A stretch of 62,074 nt of DNA, filler included, from Collodictyon triciliatum (GCA_043381765.1; 8 parts of 8 records of this genome joined end to end with filler, not necessarily neighbours in it); one strand, 5' to 3'; positions 38,910 to 51,850 are shown, counted from the whole stretch's first letter. The notes: generated by a model not told the origin, from the letters alone. Program-made: numbers and translations.

Positions 38910-41900
38910 TAGCAACGGTACCAATAGAAACAATAGTAATAAAAATAACTACAAGGACATGAGTAGTGCGAATATAAATGAATAATAAATATGATAATTT
39001 GGATACATTAAATTAATTCAAAACATGGGGACCTTTAAGGCACATAGCTATTATCTCCTTTGAATGCAAATAGGTCAATGCCTGACAGACTTGTTTAATG
39101 AATATTTGAATGACGTTTTCCTGGAGATTGAATCCTTGGTCGAGCAGCATGGAAACAGGCAGACCGTTTTCAACCCTTTGTGCGGTTTAGAATGCCAATT
39201 TTAAAATTATAGACAATGAATCATGCAACATATAATACCTACTCATCACCTTAACTTGTCTGGGATATCAGAAGTAATTAGATGAAAAAATGTACGTACT
39301 CGCTAAAAATGGCCAAATTAGCTCCTAGAGATTGACACCCTCGGTATGAAACCAGATTTTCATTTTTGAGAGAAACATTTGGTGCAATATTTCCAATAAT
39401 GGTCTCCATCTATTTCGTTTCGTTTTTTTTTTTCTTTGTTTTTTTTTGTAATTTTTTTTTTGTTTTTGTTTGTTTCTTGTCAACATGGAAACTAATTTTT
39501 AACGCATCAAGCATACAAAGTTACAAATGGTGTATAGTTTCAAATATTCGTTAAGGTTCCTTCTTTATAACCAAACTATGTCTAATGACCCAAACCTGAG
39601 ATTCTGTCAATCTTTGGGTGGGCTCTATAATTCGAACGATCAAAAACTCACCGGTTATCTTGTGAAGACATCGGTACAGCTGTATAACATTAATGGACAA
39701 AAAAGTATAAGTGAATTTAGTTGAAATAAAGTTCATTAAGCTTCTGTCAAAACTACAACAATGTCGCATACTTTTTTTTAAAAAAAAAAAGTGAATAAAT
39801 ACACAATAAATACATAAGTCCATTTAGTTGAATATATCATTCATTTTCCTCTTTTTTTCATATATTAGAAGGATACCTTTCCGATGTTACTATTTTCAAA
39901 AGGTTTCCCCAAAACAACATCATCCATCAGCACTACTTCGGTCTCTTCAGACTAGTGTCGAAAATGTATATAGTTAAATGGACCAAGTTCTTTATTTTAC
40001 AAATTTTGCGTTCAAATGAGATTGTGTCTCAAAGAGAGAATGTAAAATAACACAAATTAGATCAGTTTTATGTAAAGAAGGAAACCTCTTCATCACTGGA
40101 TACATCGCCAGTACTATCTGACACTGTGTCACTGCGATCGGTTTCTTCTTCAATCGCACCACCATCATCGTCACCATCATCATAGTCATACCCACTACTT
40201 CCTTCGTGTGTAAAGTCGTCTTCATCGTCAAATGTAAATGATGAATTGCGTGCAAAATAGGCCCCAGCTGGAGACTTAGATAACGAGCGACCGAAATCAT
40301 CCTTATTGGATTTGTTCATAGAAGTGCTTTGGATAGGTTTTTGCTTGTGTGGATTTTCTTTTTGTATATTTGCATAAGTCTGGGATTTTAATATGTGCTG
40401 ATTTGAAGGATAGATGTAGTTCGGATCGTTGAGAAACTCGTCATCATCAAATTCATCATATTCACTCTCAGCAGAGTCCCCAGTATTTGATGCCTTTGCC
40501 TTGAGCAGATTAAATAGTGGCTTAAGGAATTATCAGTTATATAATCTAATTTAGGAATAAATGTAAAAGGTTCCCAGCAAAATCGGAGCAGCATCTCATA
40601 TCTACATTTAATTGATCAATATCGTTGTATTTCTAATTTAAAATAAAAAAATTACCAGTTTTTTCTTCATCTGTCTCTTTTTGGACCTTTCCTCCAAAAT
40701 GGTCATCTTTCTTCGCTCTTGTTCCATATCCAGCGCCGACTAGAATTTACAGTACAATAACTAGATTGAAAATAAAGAAATAACTTTATAAAGTTCTTAT
40801 AGGGAAAATAACCTTTAGCCTTCGTTCTTCCTCAAGTGCCTCCTCTTTCTTACGTTTATCAAGTTCTTCTTTAATCCGCCGGATCTCCTGTTCCTCTTTC
40901 GCTTTTCTCTCCTAAATCATTTGAATGATCATGGAAAAAAACTTTTTATTGAAGAAAATAAATTATTTTTATACATATTTGTAAATATATAATAATGATT
41001 TTTTTTTTATCAATTCTGAATATTTTCTACTTGAAATGTGAAAACTTAGAAGATAGGAACTTCTTCTTTTCTTCGCTATAACCTCAGAGTTGAAAAGAGA
41101 CAAGAAAAAAACCTTTTCCGTCTGTACCATCTGCTCATGTAGGGAGAGTTCTTCCTTGTTATGTGCAAATAAGTAATCCTGAATCTCGAGACATATGTCG
41201 TAAACGATGAGCCTCCTATCAAAGGATGATTTCTATGCCGAATAAAAGCGTTTTGATTTACTTGTTGCATTCAATCATAAACAGACAACGATGATTTTCG
41301 TTACTAAATTGCCGAGAGATTGAATAATATATATTTCCTCCTTCAAAGACCTTCGCCTGCACGATTCTATTAAGCTCTTCAATTTCCTTATCAGTGAGAC
41401 CCTTAATTCTATCAACTTTCATGTTTACAGGGAACTTATTCGGGTAGGCTGGTCCATAATCAACAAGAAAAGCGACTCTGCAGTGAGCTATTGAACCTTC
41501 ACTTTGTGGCGGGGACAATGAAATCGTATACGACCAGTTTCCGGATTTTTCTGTTCTTTCAGAGATAATCTCAAGGTCGTCCTTGAATATTTGAAAGAAA
41601 GTGAGACAAAGAAAATGGAGAGGGTGTTTTAAAGGAAGTCCTCAAAATGTGTGATAATGGTGATATTCGGAATTTGAATAGGGTGGAAAAATAAAAACCA
41701 AATAAAATAAAGATGAGATGAGATGAGATGTAAGCAGAAAGTTTGATTTCAAGAGGAAAATTGAATATTAAACCAAAAATAACTTTGAATTGAATAAAGG
41801 GGGAAATATTGAATCAAAAGAAAAAAGTATATATTAACCCCGGTTGTGAATAGAATAAAAGACATTCATGGAATGGTATGCTTGGAGAGAACCATGTAAA

Positions 41901-42075
41901 GCATCCTGAGTGCAGTCACTTCGCTTTCTTGGTCCTCTACAGGGTTTATTGACGTCGAAGGGGACGGAGTATTTTGTGGGACTTGAATAAGTTCCTTTGT
42001 TTGAACTGTTTTTTGCTTTCCCTGTGCAGCTGCAGTTACTGCCTTGGGTACATTTTTCTTCTTGCGATTTCCCAT
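34923..42075 (-). CDS. GCN2: eIF2-alpha kinase GCN2 (RWD + pseudokinase + kinase); 3'-partial, HisRS-like domain not in this contig
   Basis: RWD: EDQESEVTALRMLY..YGPAYPNKFP..IKGLTDKEIEEL. Degenerate first kinase domain. Kinase: [61 protein letters not shown], acidic insert, LYIQMEYC, IIHRDLKPDNIFLD, IGDFGLA, GVGTPLYASPEQ, KVDMYALGIIFFEL. Confidence 0.95.
36610..36703. repeat. (AAT)n intronic microsatellite (another at about 38815-38908)
   Basis: Directly visible. Confidence 0.95.
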
Positions 42076-42239
42076 ACTCGAGCGCAATTGAAAAGAGAAA
42101 AAAACTACAAGCACAAATATGAAACCAGAAAACCGATTAGCTGTGTGTGTCCAATACTTTTTTAACAAAAAAAATTATTCATTCAATATTTCATACTATA
42201 ATGTACCATTTTTTGTATTATCTGTTTTTATCTTTTTAT

Positions 42240-43057
42240 TTTATTTTTCCTTTTCCTTTTCGTTTTCCTTTCTTCTTTCTTCATCGTTTCCTTTTTTTCT
42301 TTTCTTTTCCTTTTTTCTTTTTCTTCATTCTTTTTCTTTTTCTTTTTCTTTTTCTTTTTCTTTTTCTTTTTCTTTTTCTTTTCTTTTTCTTTTTCTTTTT
42401 CTTTTTCTTTTTCTTCATTCTCTTTTCTTTTCTTTTCTTTTTTCTTTTCTTTTTCTTTTTCCTTTTTTCTTTTTCTTTTCTTTTCTTTTTTCTTTTCTTT
42501 TTCTTTTTCCTTTTTTCTTTTTCTTTTCTTTTCTTTTTGCTTTTTCTTTTTTCTTCATTCTTTTTGCTTTTTTTCTTTTCTTTTTTCTTCATTCTTTTTT
42601 CTTTTTCTTCATTCTTTTTGCATTTTATTTTTATTTTATTTTTGCTTTTTGCTTTTTTCTTTTTGCTTTTTTCTTTTTGCTTTTTTCTTTTTGCTTTTTT
42701 CTTCATTCTTTTTGCATTTTCTTTTTGCTTTTTTCTTTGCTTTTTTTCTTTTCTTTTCTTTTTCTTTTTTCTTTTCTTTTTTCTTTTTTCTTTTTTCTTT
42801 TTTCTTTTTCTTCATTCTTTTTGCATTTTATTTTTATTTTTATTTTATTTTTCTTTTTGCTTTTTGCTTTTTTTCTTTTTTCTTTTGCATTTTTTCTTTG
42901 GCATTTTTCTTTTTTCTTTTGCATTTTCTTTTTTCTTCATTATTTTTGCATTTTATTTTTATTTTCTTTTTTCTTTTACTTTTTTCTTTTCTTTCTTCTT
43001 TTCTTTTTTCTTTTTTTCTTTTTTTTCTTTTTTTCTTTTTTTCTTTTTTTCTTTTTT

Positions 43058-43118
<61 letters not shown>
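42240..43118. repeat. ~0.9 kb T/C-rich low-complexity tract
   Basis: Directly visible; source of the poly-Phe/Lys pseudo-ORFs. Confidence 0.9.
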
Positions 43119-43218
43119 NNNNNNNNNNNNNNNNNNNNNNNNNNNNNNNNNNNNNNNNNNNNTTAATTAATTAANNNNNNNNNNNNNNNNNNNNNNNNNN
43201 NNNNNNNNNNNNNNNNNN
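43119..43218. other. Artificial concatenation linker
   Basis: 44 N + TTAATTAATTAA + 44 N. Confidence 0.97.
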
Positions 43219-43425
43219 AAAGTAAAAAAGTAAAAAAGTAAAAAAGTAAAAAAGTAAAAAAGTAAAAAAGTAAAAAAGTAAAAAAGTAAAAAAGTAAAAA
43301 AGTAAAAAAGTAAAAAAGTAAAAAAGTAGAATAGTAAAAAAAAGTAGAATAGTAAAAAAAAGTAGAATAGTAAAAAAAAGTAGAATAGTAAAAAAAAGTA
43401 TAAAAAAAAAGTAAAAAAAGTCAAG
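43219..43425. repeat. (AAAAAAGT)n repeat
   Basis: Directly visible. Confidence 0.9.
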
Positions 43426-44048
43426 AAAATAAGAAAGTAGAACGCAGAAAGTAGCTCGTGTGTTCTTTCTGCAATACTATGCAGAGTCCCAGCCGCTTTG
43501 AACTCGTGCATCATACGTTTGTCAAACACACAATACGGCCGTCTTGTGCATCCTTTTCTTTCTTTGCCTGTCGCATGTTCTGCCGCAGTCCATCTCAAAC
43601 GGTGCGGTGATTGTCTTTGAGTATCTGATAACCCTGGCGTTCTTTACGAGGTTAGTTACGAATATACCGCTTTTTAATCAATGGAGTCCTCAGAAGGACA
43701 GATATATTCATAGAATTAGCCCATATATAGGAAAACAGCTGTACTCAGCTCCGGAAAAGGGATGGGGTTGGCAGGCCTTCCGTTTCATAATGCCTGATTT
43801 CCAGTGTCGATTGCCGAGTCATTCGAACAAAACCAAAAGGGCGGAAAGAGCCAGCAAATAATATGCGGGATTGTGTTTATTGGTTGTTTGTGCCCGCCCT
43901 CTCGAACAGGGTAAAGGTATGAGATTACTTTCTTACAGGCTGCTTGTGCGGGTCGAAGGCCTCTTTTCTGTCTCTTATCAGTGTCGCGTGACTTTAAACT
44001 TGCTCACTTTTCTTCTTTCGGAACTGATGTACGCAGGGCGAACAGCAT

Positions 44049-47000
44049 TTAGGGTTGGAAGCAATCTTGTACAAGGAGGACCTGCTCGCGGGTGTGGTCG
44101 ATGCTCACACCAGTGGCTGTGCACGCTGCCGATGGTCTTCCTTTGAACTTTATCTGTAAATGAAAAGTTTTAAAAGTAGAGTTCAATCCATGTAATCTCA
44201 TGACAAATCCATCGAGACAAGAAAATAAAAAGAGGAGAAATCGGTTACTCAGATACAGCGGCAAGGTGGAGGGGTGGCTCAGATAAGAATAAAATCAAAC
44301 ATCAAGGCCAAGCTGCCGGAAACGAGGCTCGACATAGAACCAGGCACCCATATTTTTGGGTTCCTCCTAATATCACAAAAAGAAAAAAAAGTAGCATATG
44401 TGAGAGTTACAAAGACAAAGATAGTGGCAATCATGGTAGTTATCAGCAGACTCTGTCCTCACCTGACACCAAACAAAGTCTGTGGCGTTTGGATATTGCT
44501 TTTGTATTTGACGAATTTCGTCGAAGGGGAACGGCGCGATTTCTTCCACGCGGACTACGGCGGTTTCTTTCAATGCCTTTTGATTGCGAGTCTTGTGAAG
44601 CTCATAGTAGAATTTGCCGCTTGTGAACAGCACCTTCTTAACCCTACATCAACATTACAATAAAAAAATACATATAAACGTAGCTCATACAGTAAAAACA
44701 TCTCCATAATTGCACAGATAATTCAGTCGAAACATGGCACAAAAATAGCGAATTTAAGGTACCCATCTGGAGCAACTGCACTCTCAACCTCTGGAATGAC
44801 TGGCTTGAATGAGGTTCCTACAGCACACTCATCCACGTTTGAAACAGCGCTAGGGTGGCGCAGGAGAACTTTGGGTGAGATGACCACCAAAGGTTTGCGA
44901 TACGAAGACTTCATTTGACGGCGAAGCACATGGAAGTAGTTTGCTGGGGTTGAGCAATTGACCACTCGCATATTGATTTTGTGCTCTTCAGTGTCATTTG
45001 CATCATCGCTGCCACACAGTTGCAGGAATCTCTCTGGTCGGGAGTTGGAATGCTCAGGGCCTCCACCATCATATCCTATTTTACCAGTCATTTAGCCTTT
45101 GTGAATAGAAGGAGAAAAAAAAAAAAAAAAAAGAGGCTCGTAATAATTCGCCTTTGAAGCTACTTAAGGAGACAAACCATGAGGAACAAGGATAACCATT
45201 CCTGTTTGCATCAGCCACTTAACTATGAAAGCATGTAAAATTATAATAATAATAATAATAATTATTTTTTGGCCATTTAAAATCATTAACATATAAGGAC
45301 ATGATGAAACCAGAGGAATATGTATTGTGCTAACTTTCGGAAGAGCTGATAAACTGGTCGATGGGAATCTGTGCTCCGTTGGCAAAGTCTCCAAATTGAG
45401 CCTCCCATATAACGAGGTTGTTTGGGTCTTCAATACTAATTCAAGCAGTTACGTTAATCTAATATTAGATTGGCAAAACAAAAAAAAAATTACATTACAA
45501 TCATGAGGCAGGACAAGTGCTGACTTTTTGAAATTTATAAAAACATCCACATTTTTCATATTTGCCTTATACATAGGCCTTTTTCTTTTTATCTTCGTCT
45601 GAATACCTGTATCCGTACTCAAAACCAAGCACACCGAACTCAGATAAGGGACTATTCGCGACCTATCATATTGTTTATCACATTTTTATTTCAGAATCTG
45701 GGCAAATGTTCTAGATCAATCAACTTGTAGCGAACTCAAAAACGAAAATAAAATAGCCCTACGTGAAGTTTTCCTTGGTTGTTGGATATATGATTCAAGG
45801 GGACATATCCTTCATTAGTCTTTTGATCTGTATACATAACATGGCGATGACTGAACGTGCCTCGGCCTACATCCTGGCCACTGATTCGAACGTTGTACCC
45901 TTAATGATGAACGTGTTGCGCGATCAACCATGAGATTATCAATTTGAATTACAGCGAGTTGGAGAGATCAAAAAAATATCATAAATAAGGAGAGTAATAC
46001 CTTCAGTGAGCAAAGAGCCGAAAGCTAGGGCTTCACAGGTGGCCCAATCAAGACCGATGCCCTTCTCCATCTTGGAGGCTCGAACTAGGTTGTGGGTTCT
46101 GTGGAGTCTGTCGTGGATTGTCTATGGAAAGAAAAACATAAAGCTTGTTTAGAGAAAAGACCAGACACATATTCCTCAGCCACTGCAATAGTCACTTACG
46201 ATATTAGCAGGAATCGTCACTGACGCTACGCCAATATTTTTTAAGAGGCTAGTATCAACCCCTGTATCGACAAGTGATTTTACGCTTTCAGGCTGCCCCA
46301 TGTTTCTCCATTTTCCTTTAAAAGTGACCCACTGTGGGAATAACAAAGGGAGAATGGGGGGAAAGAGGAGAATAAAGGGGGAAAAAGTAGGGAAAAAAAA
46401 GGAAGGGAAAGAAGTTGTTAGCCTTCGGAAAATTTTATATAGGGCCAATTAGTACCCTTTGTGGGTGTTACATTAAACTTCAGTTACATGAATATGAGAT
46501 ACAAACTCTCACCTCTGGTTTGTAGGTTTCTGTTGCGTGTCTCATTTCTTCGTCCAACGAAACTTCAAAGTCGCTGACAATCTTCTTGACGTCTTCATCA
46601 GAATAGTTGTATATCTCCTTCATGTATTTTGTGTACTGACTGGCAACAGTGGCATGGCTGCGTATTTTTGAATACATAGTCGGCTGGGTGAAGAAAGGTT
46701 CATCAAGCTCGTTGTGGCCACGTCGGCGATATCCAATAATATCCAGTATAATATCCTTCTTAAACCTCTGCCTGTAATCAACCACAAGTCTTGCAGCTTC
46801 AACGACTTTCTAATTTTTCGGGTTAGGTAGAATGCAATTGAGTCATTCAATTCACACACCAATAAATATCATTCGTCCATGGATTATATTTCAATTTTTT
46901 TGAAAAATTTTTTCTTGCAAACCTCTGGATAGTCTCCATTCACGTGGATGACAGGTATATCGACCAATTTACCCACATCTGAGGAATACCGCGAAGAGCG

Positions 47001-48797
47001 ACCATTGACGGGCTGGGTAGTAAAGCCGATTTGGTTGTTCACAATCATGTGGACAATACCACCTGAAGATACGTATTATTATTATTATTAATATTTTCGT
47101 GGGCGGATGGTCGTTGATACTTTGTTAAATTCAAAACATCACACAAACCAACTTGGTACTCGCGTAGCAATGACATCATCAGAGTTTCAGTGACAACTCC
47201 CTGTAAATGATATTAGAATCGGTTGAAATTTGTCTAGACATTATGTATCCTAAAATTAACGTGTAAGCAAAAAGAATAAACCAAAAAAATGACCAAAACG
47301 TGTTAATAGAACCTGTCCAGCAAAAGCAGCATCGCCGTGGATAGAGAGACAAACAACTTTATCTGTGTTGATATCCTCCATATGATTGGATGCTTGGTCT
47401 TGTTTAGCTCTTGCTTTCCCCATGGCAACGGGATTAACGGCCTAATATTCGGGGTCGGTATTGTGTCACTTTTGCTGGAGAAAGCAACTTAACCTTAAAC
47501 CCTCACAGGAGACAATGCATCATACAATATTCCAACGAAACTATACCTCCAAATGAGAGGGATTCGGCAAGACAGAAACATGCAAAGGATTGGGTCCGTA
47601 CTCCATTAAATCAGCAGACGTATCTTATGCGATAAGGATATTGATGGGAATACAATAAAGATACCTCAAAGAGCAAATGATATACACTTGTCAAAAGGGT
47701 ACACCCATGTGACCTTCAAATGGCATACAAAGAAAAGGAAGGAATTTTTTTTTTTACAGGAGTCTTACATATGTGGGACAAGACATCACCCGTCCCGTGA
47801 GCTCCTTTGGGGACTTCTGAGAAGCCCTTCATCTTCCAAAACATCGCACGCGGCGGATATTTGCACAGAGATATAAGCATATTTAGTCTTCCACGATGAG
47901 CGGTGCCCATGACAACATCCGAGACGCCGTGTGTGGCCATTCTTGAGAAAAGGGCATCGAAGGCTGGGAGGACAGACTCAGCTCCCTCCAGTCCGTACCG
48001 CTTCACTGTGGAAAACTTCTTTTGGAGATATAGATCAAACTCCTCGCTTTGGAGCAGCAGATTCAGAATCCTGTGGCGGTCTCCGGCATTCACCGACCGG
48101 GAAGCGCTGTTCTTTTCAATCTGTTCAGCAAACCATTCCTGCTCCTCCAAGTTCTTAACGTGGGTGGGAATGGCGTTTTTTTTTTTTTGCCGCAGGAGGG
48201 AGTCACGAGTTAATTAAAAAAAAATCATAATCTCGACCATAAAAACAGCCGCTTCAGCCTTTGATTACACGCGCGCAGCCAAAACTCGCGACTGTGTACG
48301 AATGGGGATAGAAAGGAGAGAGTACCGTAACATGGCCAAACTCGTAGCCGATCGTTCCACAGTATATGGACTCGAGCTTCCGGACTAAATCGTGCACCGT
48401 GACTCGGCCGCCCTCGTTGAACAGAGACGCAGGCGCATCGACAGACTCTGAGCCACTCGTGAATCCGTGCATGTTGATTCCCAAAGACGGATGGACTCTA
48501 AAAGAAAAGAGCACGGTGAATATAGTACATCCTATTATCCAAGGTTGAATTTGAAAAGAAAAAGAAAAAGAGAAAGAGAAAGAATGTTCATCAACCCCAC
48601 GACACTTACATGGGCTGAGTCAGGCCCAAGGGATCGAGCTCAGCTCGAAGATGGCCGTATTGTCTGTACGCCTGGACAAGCGAGCGGACACGAAAGTCTG
48701 CCTGGTTTGGAGACTCGGCAAGAGAGTTTGCAGAGGGCGAAAAGAAGCGCCGCAGCGATCGCTTTGGTTGCGACCAAGCGCGTTGGAAGAGACTCAT
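44049..48797 (-). CDS. DHTKD1: Mitochondrial 2-oxoadipate/2-oxoglutarate dehydrogenase E1, DHTKD1-type; complete, multi-exon
   Basis: Presequence [20 protein letters not shown] directly before [18 protein letters not shown] (no OGDH N-terminal extension). [63 protein letters not shown] (TPP motif), [58 protein letters not shown]. Confidence 0.9.
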
Positions 48798-49243
48798 CGA
48801 TCGAGGCTGGACACGCCAAGTCGCTCGCTCTTCTGCATAAAGTCAGGTCGGGTGTGAGTGCCTGTGCTGGAGACGCGGACGCCCTCTGACAGTCGCCGCC
48901 GCCTGCGCTTTTCGATAACAAGCCCTGCGGGTGCGCCTGTCCTGGGGAAGGGCGCGTTCATAGTGGTCGATGTCAATTTATAGCACACACCAGCCTTTGG
49001 TTCAACGAATGCCCATCGAAGATGTCCGTGTCGATTCACGAAGCGGCAGATTCCAGATTTAGATACGGCGAGGGTTTGACCACAGACCTCGTCCATATGT
49101 GGATTAGCAAATTAGGGTGGTGCGGGTATCTGTGCAGAATCTGGGGAACGTGCGCTCCGCAATCTGAGAATGCCCAACGAAGATGCAGGCACGAGGCAGC
49201 GGTTGCGCGTGATTAAGACGAGATCAGTTTTATTGACAACCAT

Positions 49244-50396
49244 TTAGGCGATCAGCTGGCACACACCGCCAGCGGCCTTGATCTTCTTCTCAGCACGGAG
49301 GGAGAAGAAGCGAGCGCGGACGACAACGGGGATCTTGGGGAGATATCCCTTTCCGAGAACCTTGAAGTAACCCTGCGCCAGAGAATGAGCCGTTAGTACT
49401 TGTGTTGCCGACTGCTACCAAGATCAACTGCTTGGAATAGCATGGGGGCTGTGGAAAGAATGGCCAGCGAACCAAAGGGTGGAAACTTACAGCCTTGGTG
49501 ACGTCAATGACGGGGGCTTTGTCCTTCTTCTCGCCAGAGTACTCAGCGCGGACTTCCTCAGGAACCAGTGACCACAACTTGTCGATGTTGAGGATCGGGG
49601 TGTAGTAGTGGTTGCGCTGGACGCGGAAGTGTCTCATACCAACCTTACCGAAGTAACCAGGATGGCTAACATGATAAGCTTGTTAGGGCAGGTGTTCACG
49701 CATGCACAAAGCTCGATCTGGGAATAGGTCTCCATGTCTAATACTCTTACTATTTGTCGAAGTTGATGCGGTGATGGTGTTGGCCACCAGCGTTACCGCG
49801 ACCACCAGGATGCTTTCTGTGCTTTCCTGAAGTGAAAAGTTAAGTGAGATGACTTGGGGAAACAATCGGGTTTGAGAAACTTACCAACACGACCATGACC
49901 GGCACTGACGTGTCCTCTCTTCTTGCGGTTTTTCTTGAGGTGGGCAGTCTAGGAAAGGGGCAGAGTTAGGTTTTGTTGGGTGGTCTGCGTAGTTAGAAGA
50001 GCTGATCAATATAGACAGGGGCGCTTCGGAGCGATCGGCAATGTTATGTTGTGGCCTGATCTGAAGTTTGAGAATAAATTTGGATGCCCATGAAATGACT
50101 GCCGGTATGAAATTTGCTATCTCTCAATGTGGGTGGGTGTCACGATAGAAGCTAGGTATCGCGCCCATGTTCAAGGGCAAGATGATTGAAGCGAATCCAC
50201 ATAGAGCATCCAATTCTGCGTCAATCCGCTTTATCCTTGCACAGGGCCAAAGGAGTCTTGGCAGGTGCCGTGTGAGCGTGGGGGGTGGCCAACACTTTCC
50301 GAACTTGCTCCGCGGCGACTTACATGCTGGGTATTCCTTTCTTTTTTTTGTGTGTGTGTTTGTATCTTACGCGCAGTTAGGGAGTGTGCTTACCAT
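49244..50396 (-). CDS. RPL27A: 60S ribosomal protein L27a (uL15)
   Basis: Exons 50396-50394 (ATG only), 49948-49885, 49826-49751, 49665-49491 and 49372-49244 give [61 protein letters not shown]...[20 protein letters not shown] at 49234-49229. Confidence 0.98.
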
Positions 50397-50439
50397 ATTG
50401 TTGCAGACTGGGTGGCTTCGTTGTCTAGGACAGCGGTTG

Positions 50440-50460
50440 TGTAGAGGGTTAGAGAAACTG
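50440..50460 (-). promoter_or_regulatory. Pyrimidine-rich putative initiator (TCT/TOP-like) of RPL27A
   Basis: Minus strand reads CAGTTTCTCTAACCCTCT about 50-60 nt upstream of the ATG; ribosomal protein genes often start in such tracts. Confidence 0.35.
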
Positions 50461-50599
50461 TGATTCCCTGGCTGCGAAGCTTGCACAAAGCATATTGAAA
50501 ATGTAGCACGCCCTTTTAAGGAAACGAAGCGAGTATTTTGGAAATTTCCGTTTATTTTCCTTATTTGGATTTAGGGCAGTGTCGGCATGTGGGCGGCTT

Positions 50600-51500
50600 C
50601 TAGTCTCGCTCTGCTATCTCCGTCAGGTGGCGCTCAATATCGTCAGCAGAGAGGCGGCGGAAAACAGGGTCATCGACACGGACTATCCCAACTTCAAGCT
50701 CGGTAGCCTTCAGGTCTGAGGACACGACGCTTTGCAACGTATTGATGGCGAGCTAAAAAGGAGCAGCGAATATTGGGGACAGTTATTACAGCTTCAATGG
50801 AACGGAGTGAGGGATGATTGCAAAGCACCGCATGCCAATACAGACAGAGAATCTGTGTCAAAAATCACAAAACCTGAATAATCTCCTCGCTGGACATTTC
50901 AACAAACGGTTTGGACTTCATCTTTTTCTCGAGGTAATTTCCGGCCTCCACTTCCTTGGCGCCTGCAGTTGTGGCAAAATAGCCTACAAAGTATCCGGAG
51001 GGGTCGCACTTGAAAAGCTGCGGTCCAAGCTCTTCATCGATACCGCACAGTATCATCGCTGTGGGCAATGAGTGAATTATTGGCCTGAAAACATCCGAAT
51101 CAAGAGATGAGCAAGACAGCACGATAAAAATATTTTCACCCACCAACACCGAGGGGTCTCATGTATGCGTGTTGGGTGTAGATCTGGGATTTGTCAGCAA
51201 CTTTTTTGGCTATGTAGTCGACCGGGATGGTGTATCCAAACTTCCTTTGGAATTCCGCAGCTTTATGGCGGGTCTGCTGTACTTGTGCCTTCGCGTCCGC
51301 TGGCATTTTAAATAGGACAGAGAAAGGTTGATGTATTACTCCTTTTTTTTCTCTGGGGTTCTCTGGCAAACTCAAAAGTTAAGGATTTGGGATTTAAGTG
51401 GTATTTATCTTCACTCACGCATCATCCCAGTCATGACACAGCCGATCTTCTCGGTGATGTTGTAGAGGCTTGTGACAGACTCTGGGTCGAGCAGCCTGTC
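50600..51500 (-). CDS. PSMA6: 20S proteasome subunit alpha type-6 (alpha1), 5'-partial
   Basis: [82 protein letters not shown], ending [11 protein letters not shown]. Confidence 0.96.
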
Positions 51501-51529
51501 CTGTGACGTGTGTTATACAGTGCGAGTAA

Positions 51530-51622
51530 GTGAGATGGTGAGTGAGATGGTGAGTGAGATGGTGAGTGAGATGGTGAGTGAGATGGTGAGTGAGATGGTG
51601 AGTGAGTGAGTGAGTGAGTGAG

Positions 51623-51692
<70 letters not shown>

Positions 51693-51750
51693 AGAGAGAG
51701 AGAGAGAGAGTGAGAGTGAGAGAGAGAGAGAGAGAGAGAGTGTGAGAGAG
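51530..51750. repeat. Compound (GTGAGTGAGATG)n / (GTGA)n / (GAGAGT)n / (GA)n repeat
   Basis: Directly visible; lies in a PSMA6 intron at the contig end. Confidence 0.95.
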
Positions 51751-51850
51751 NNNNNNNNNNNNNNNNNNNNNNNNNNNNNNNNNNNNNNNNNNNNTTAATT
51801 AATTAANNNNNNNNNNNNNNNNNNNNNNNNNNNNNNNNNNNNNNNNNNNN
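51751..51850. other. Artificial concatenation linker
   Basis: 44 N + TTAATTAATTAA + 44 N. Confidence 0.97.

Noticed and set aside
42119..43174. Long Phe/Lys-rich ORFs (also at 3082-3611, 7466-7944, 13964-14455 and 60421-61311)
   Set aside because: Translations of microsatellite or low-complexity DNA that lacks stop codons.
8848..51500. Alternative genetic code or U12/AT-AC introns
   Set aside because: The conserved-gene exons I spliced translate with the standard code without in-frame stops, and no RTATCCTT donor or AT-AC intron was needed.
51526..51630. Tandem GTAAGT/GTGAGT motifs as an array of 5' splice sites or a CRISPR-like array
   Set aside because: They are on the strand opposite PSMA6 and have no unique spacers; a simple compound microsatellite.
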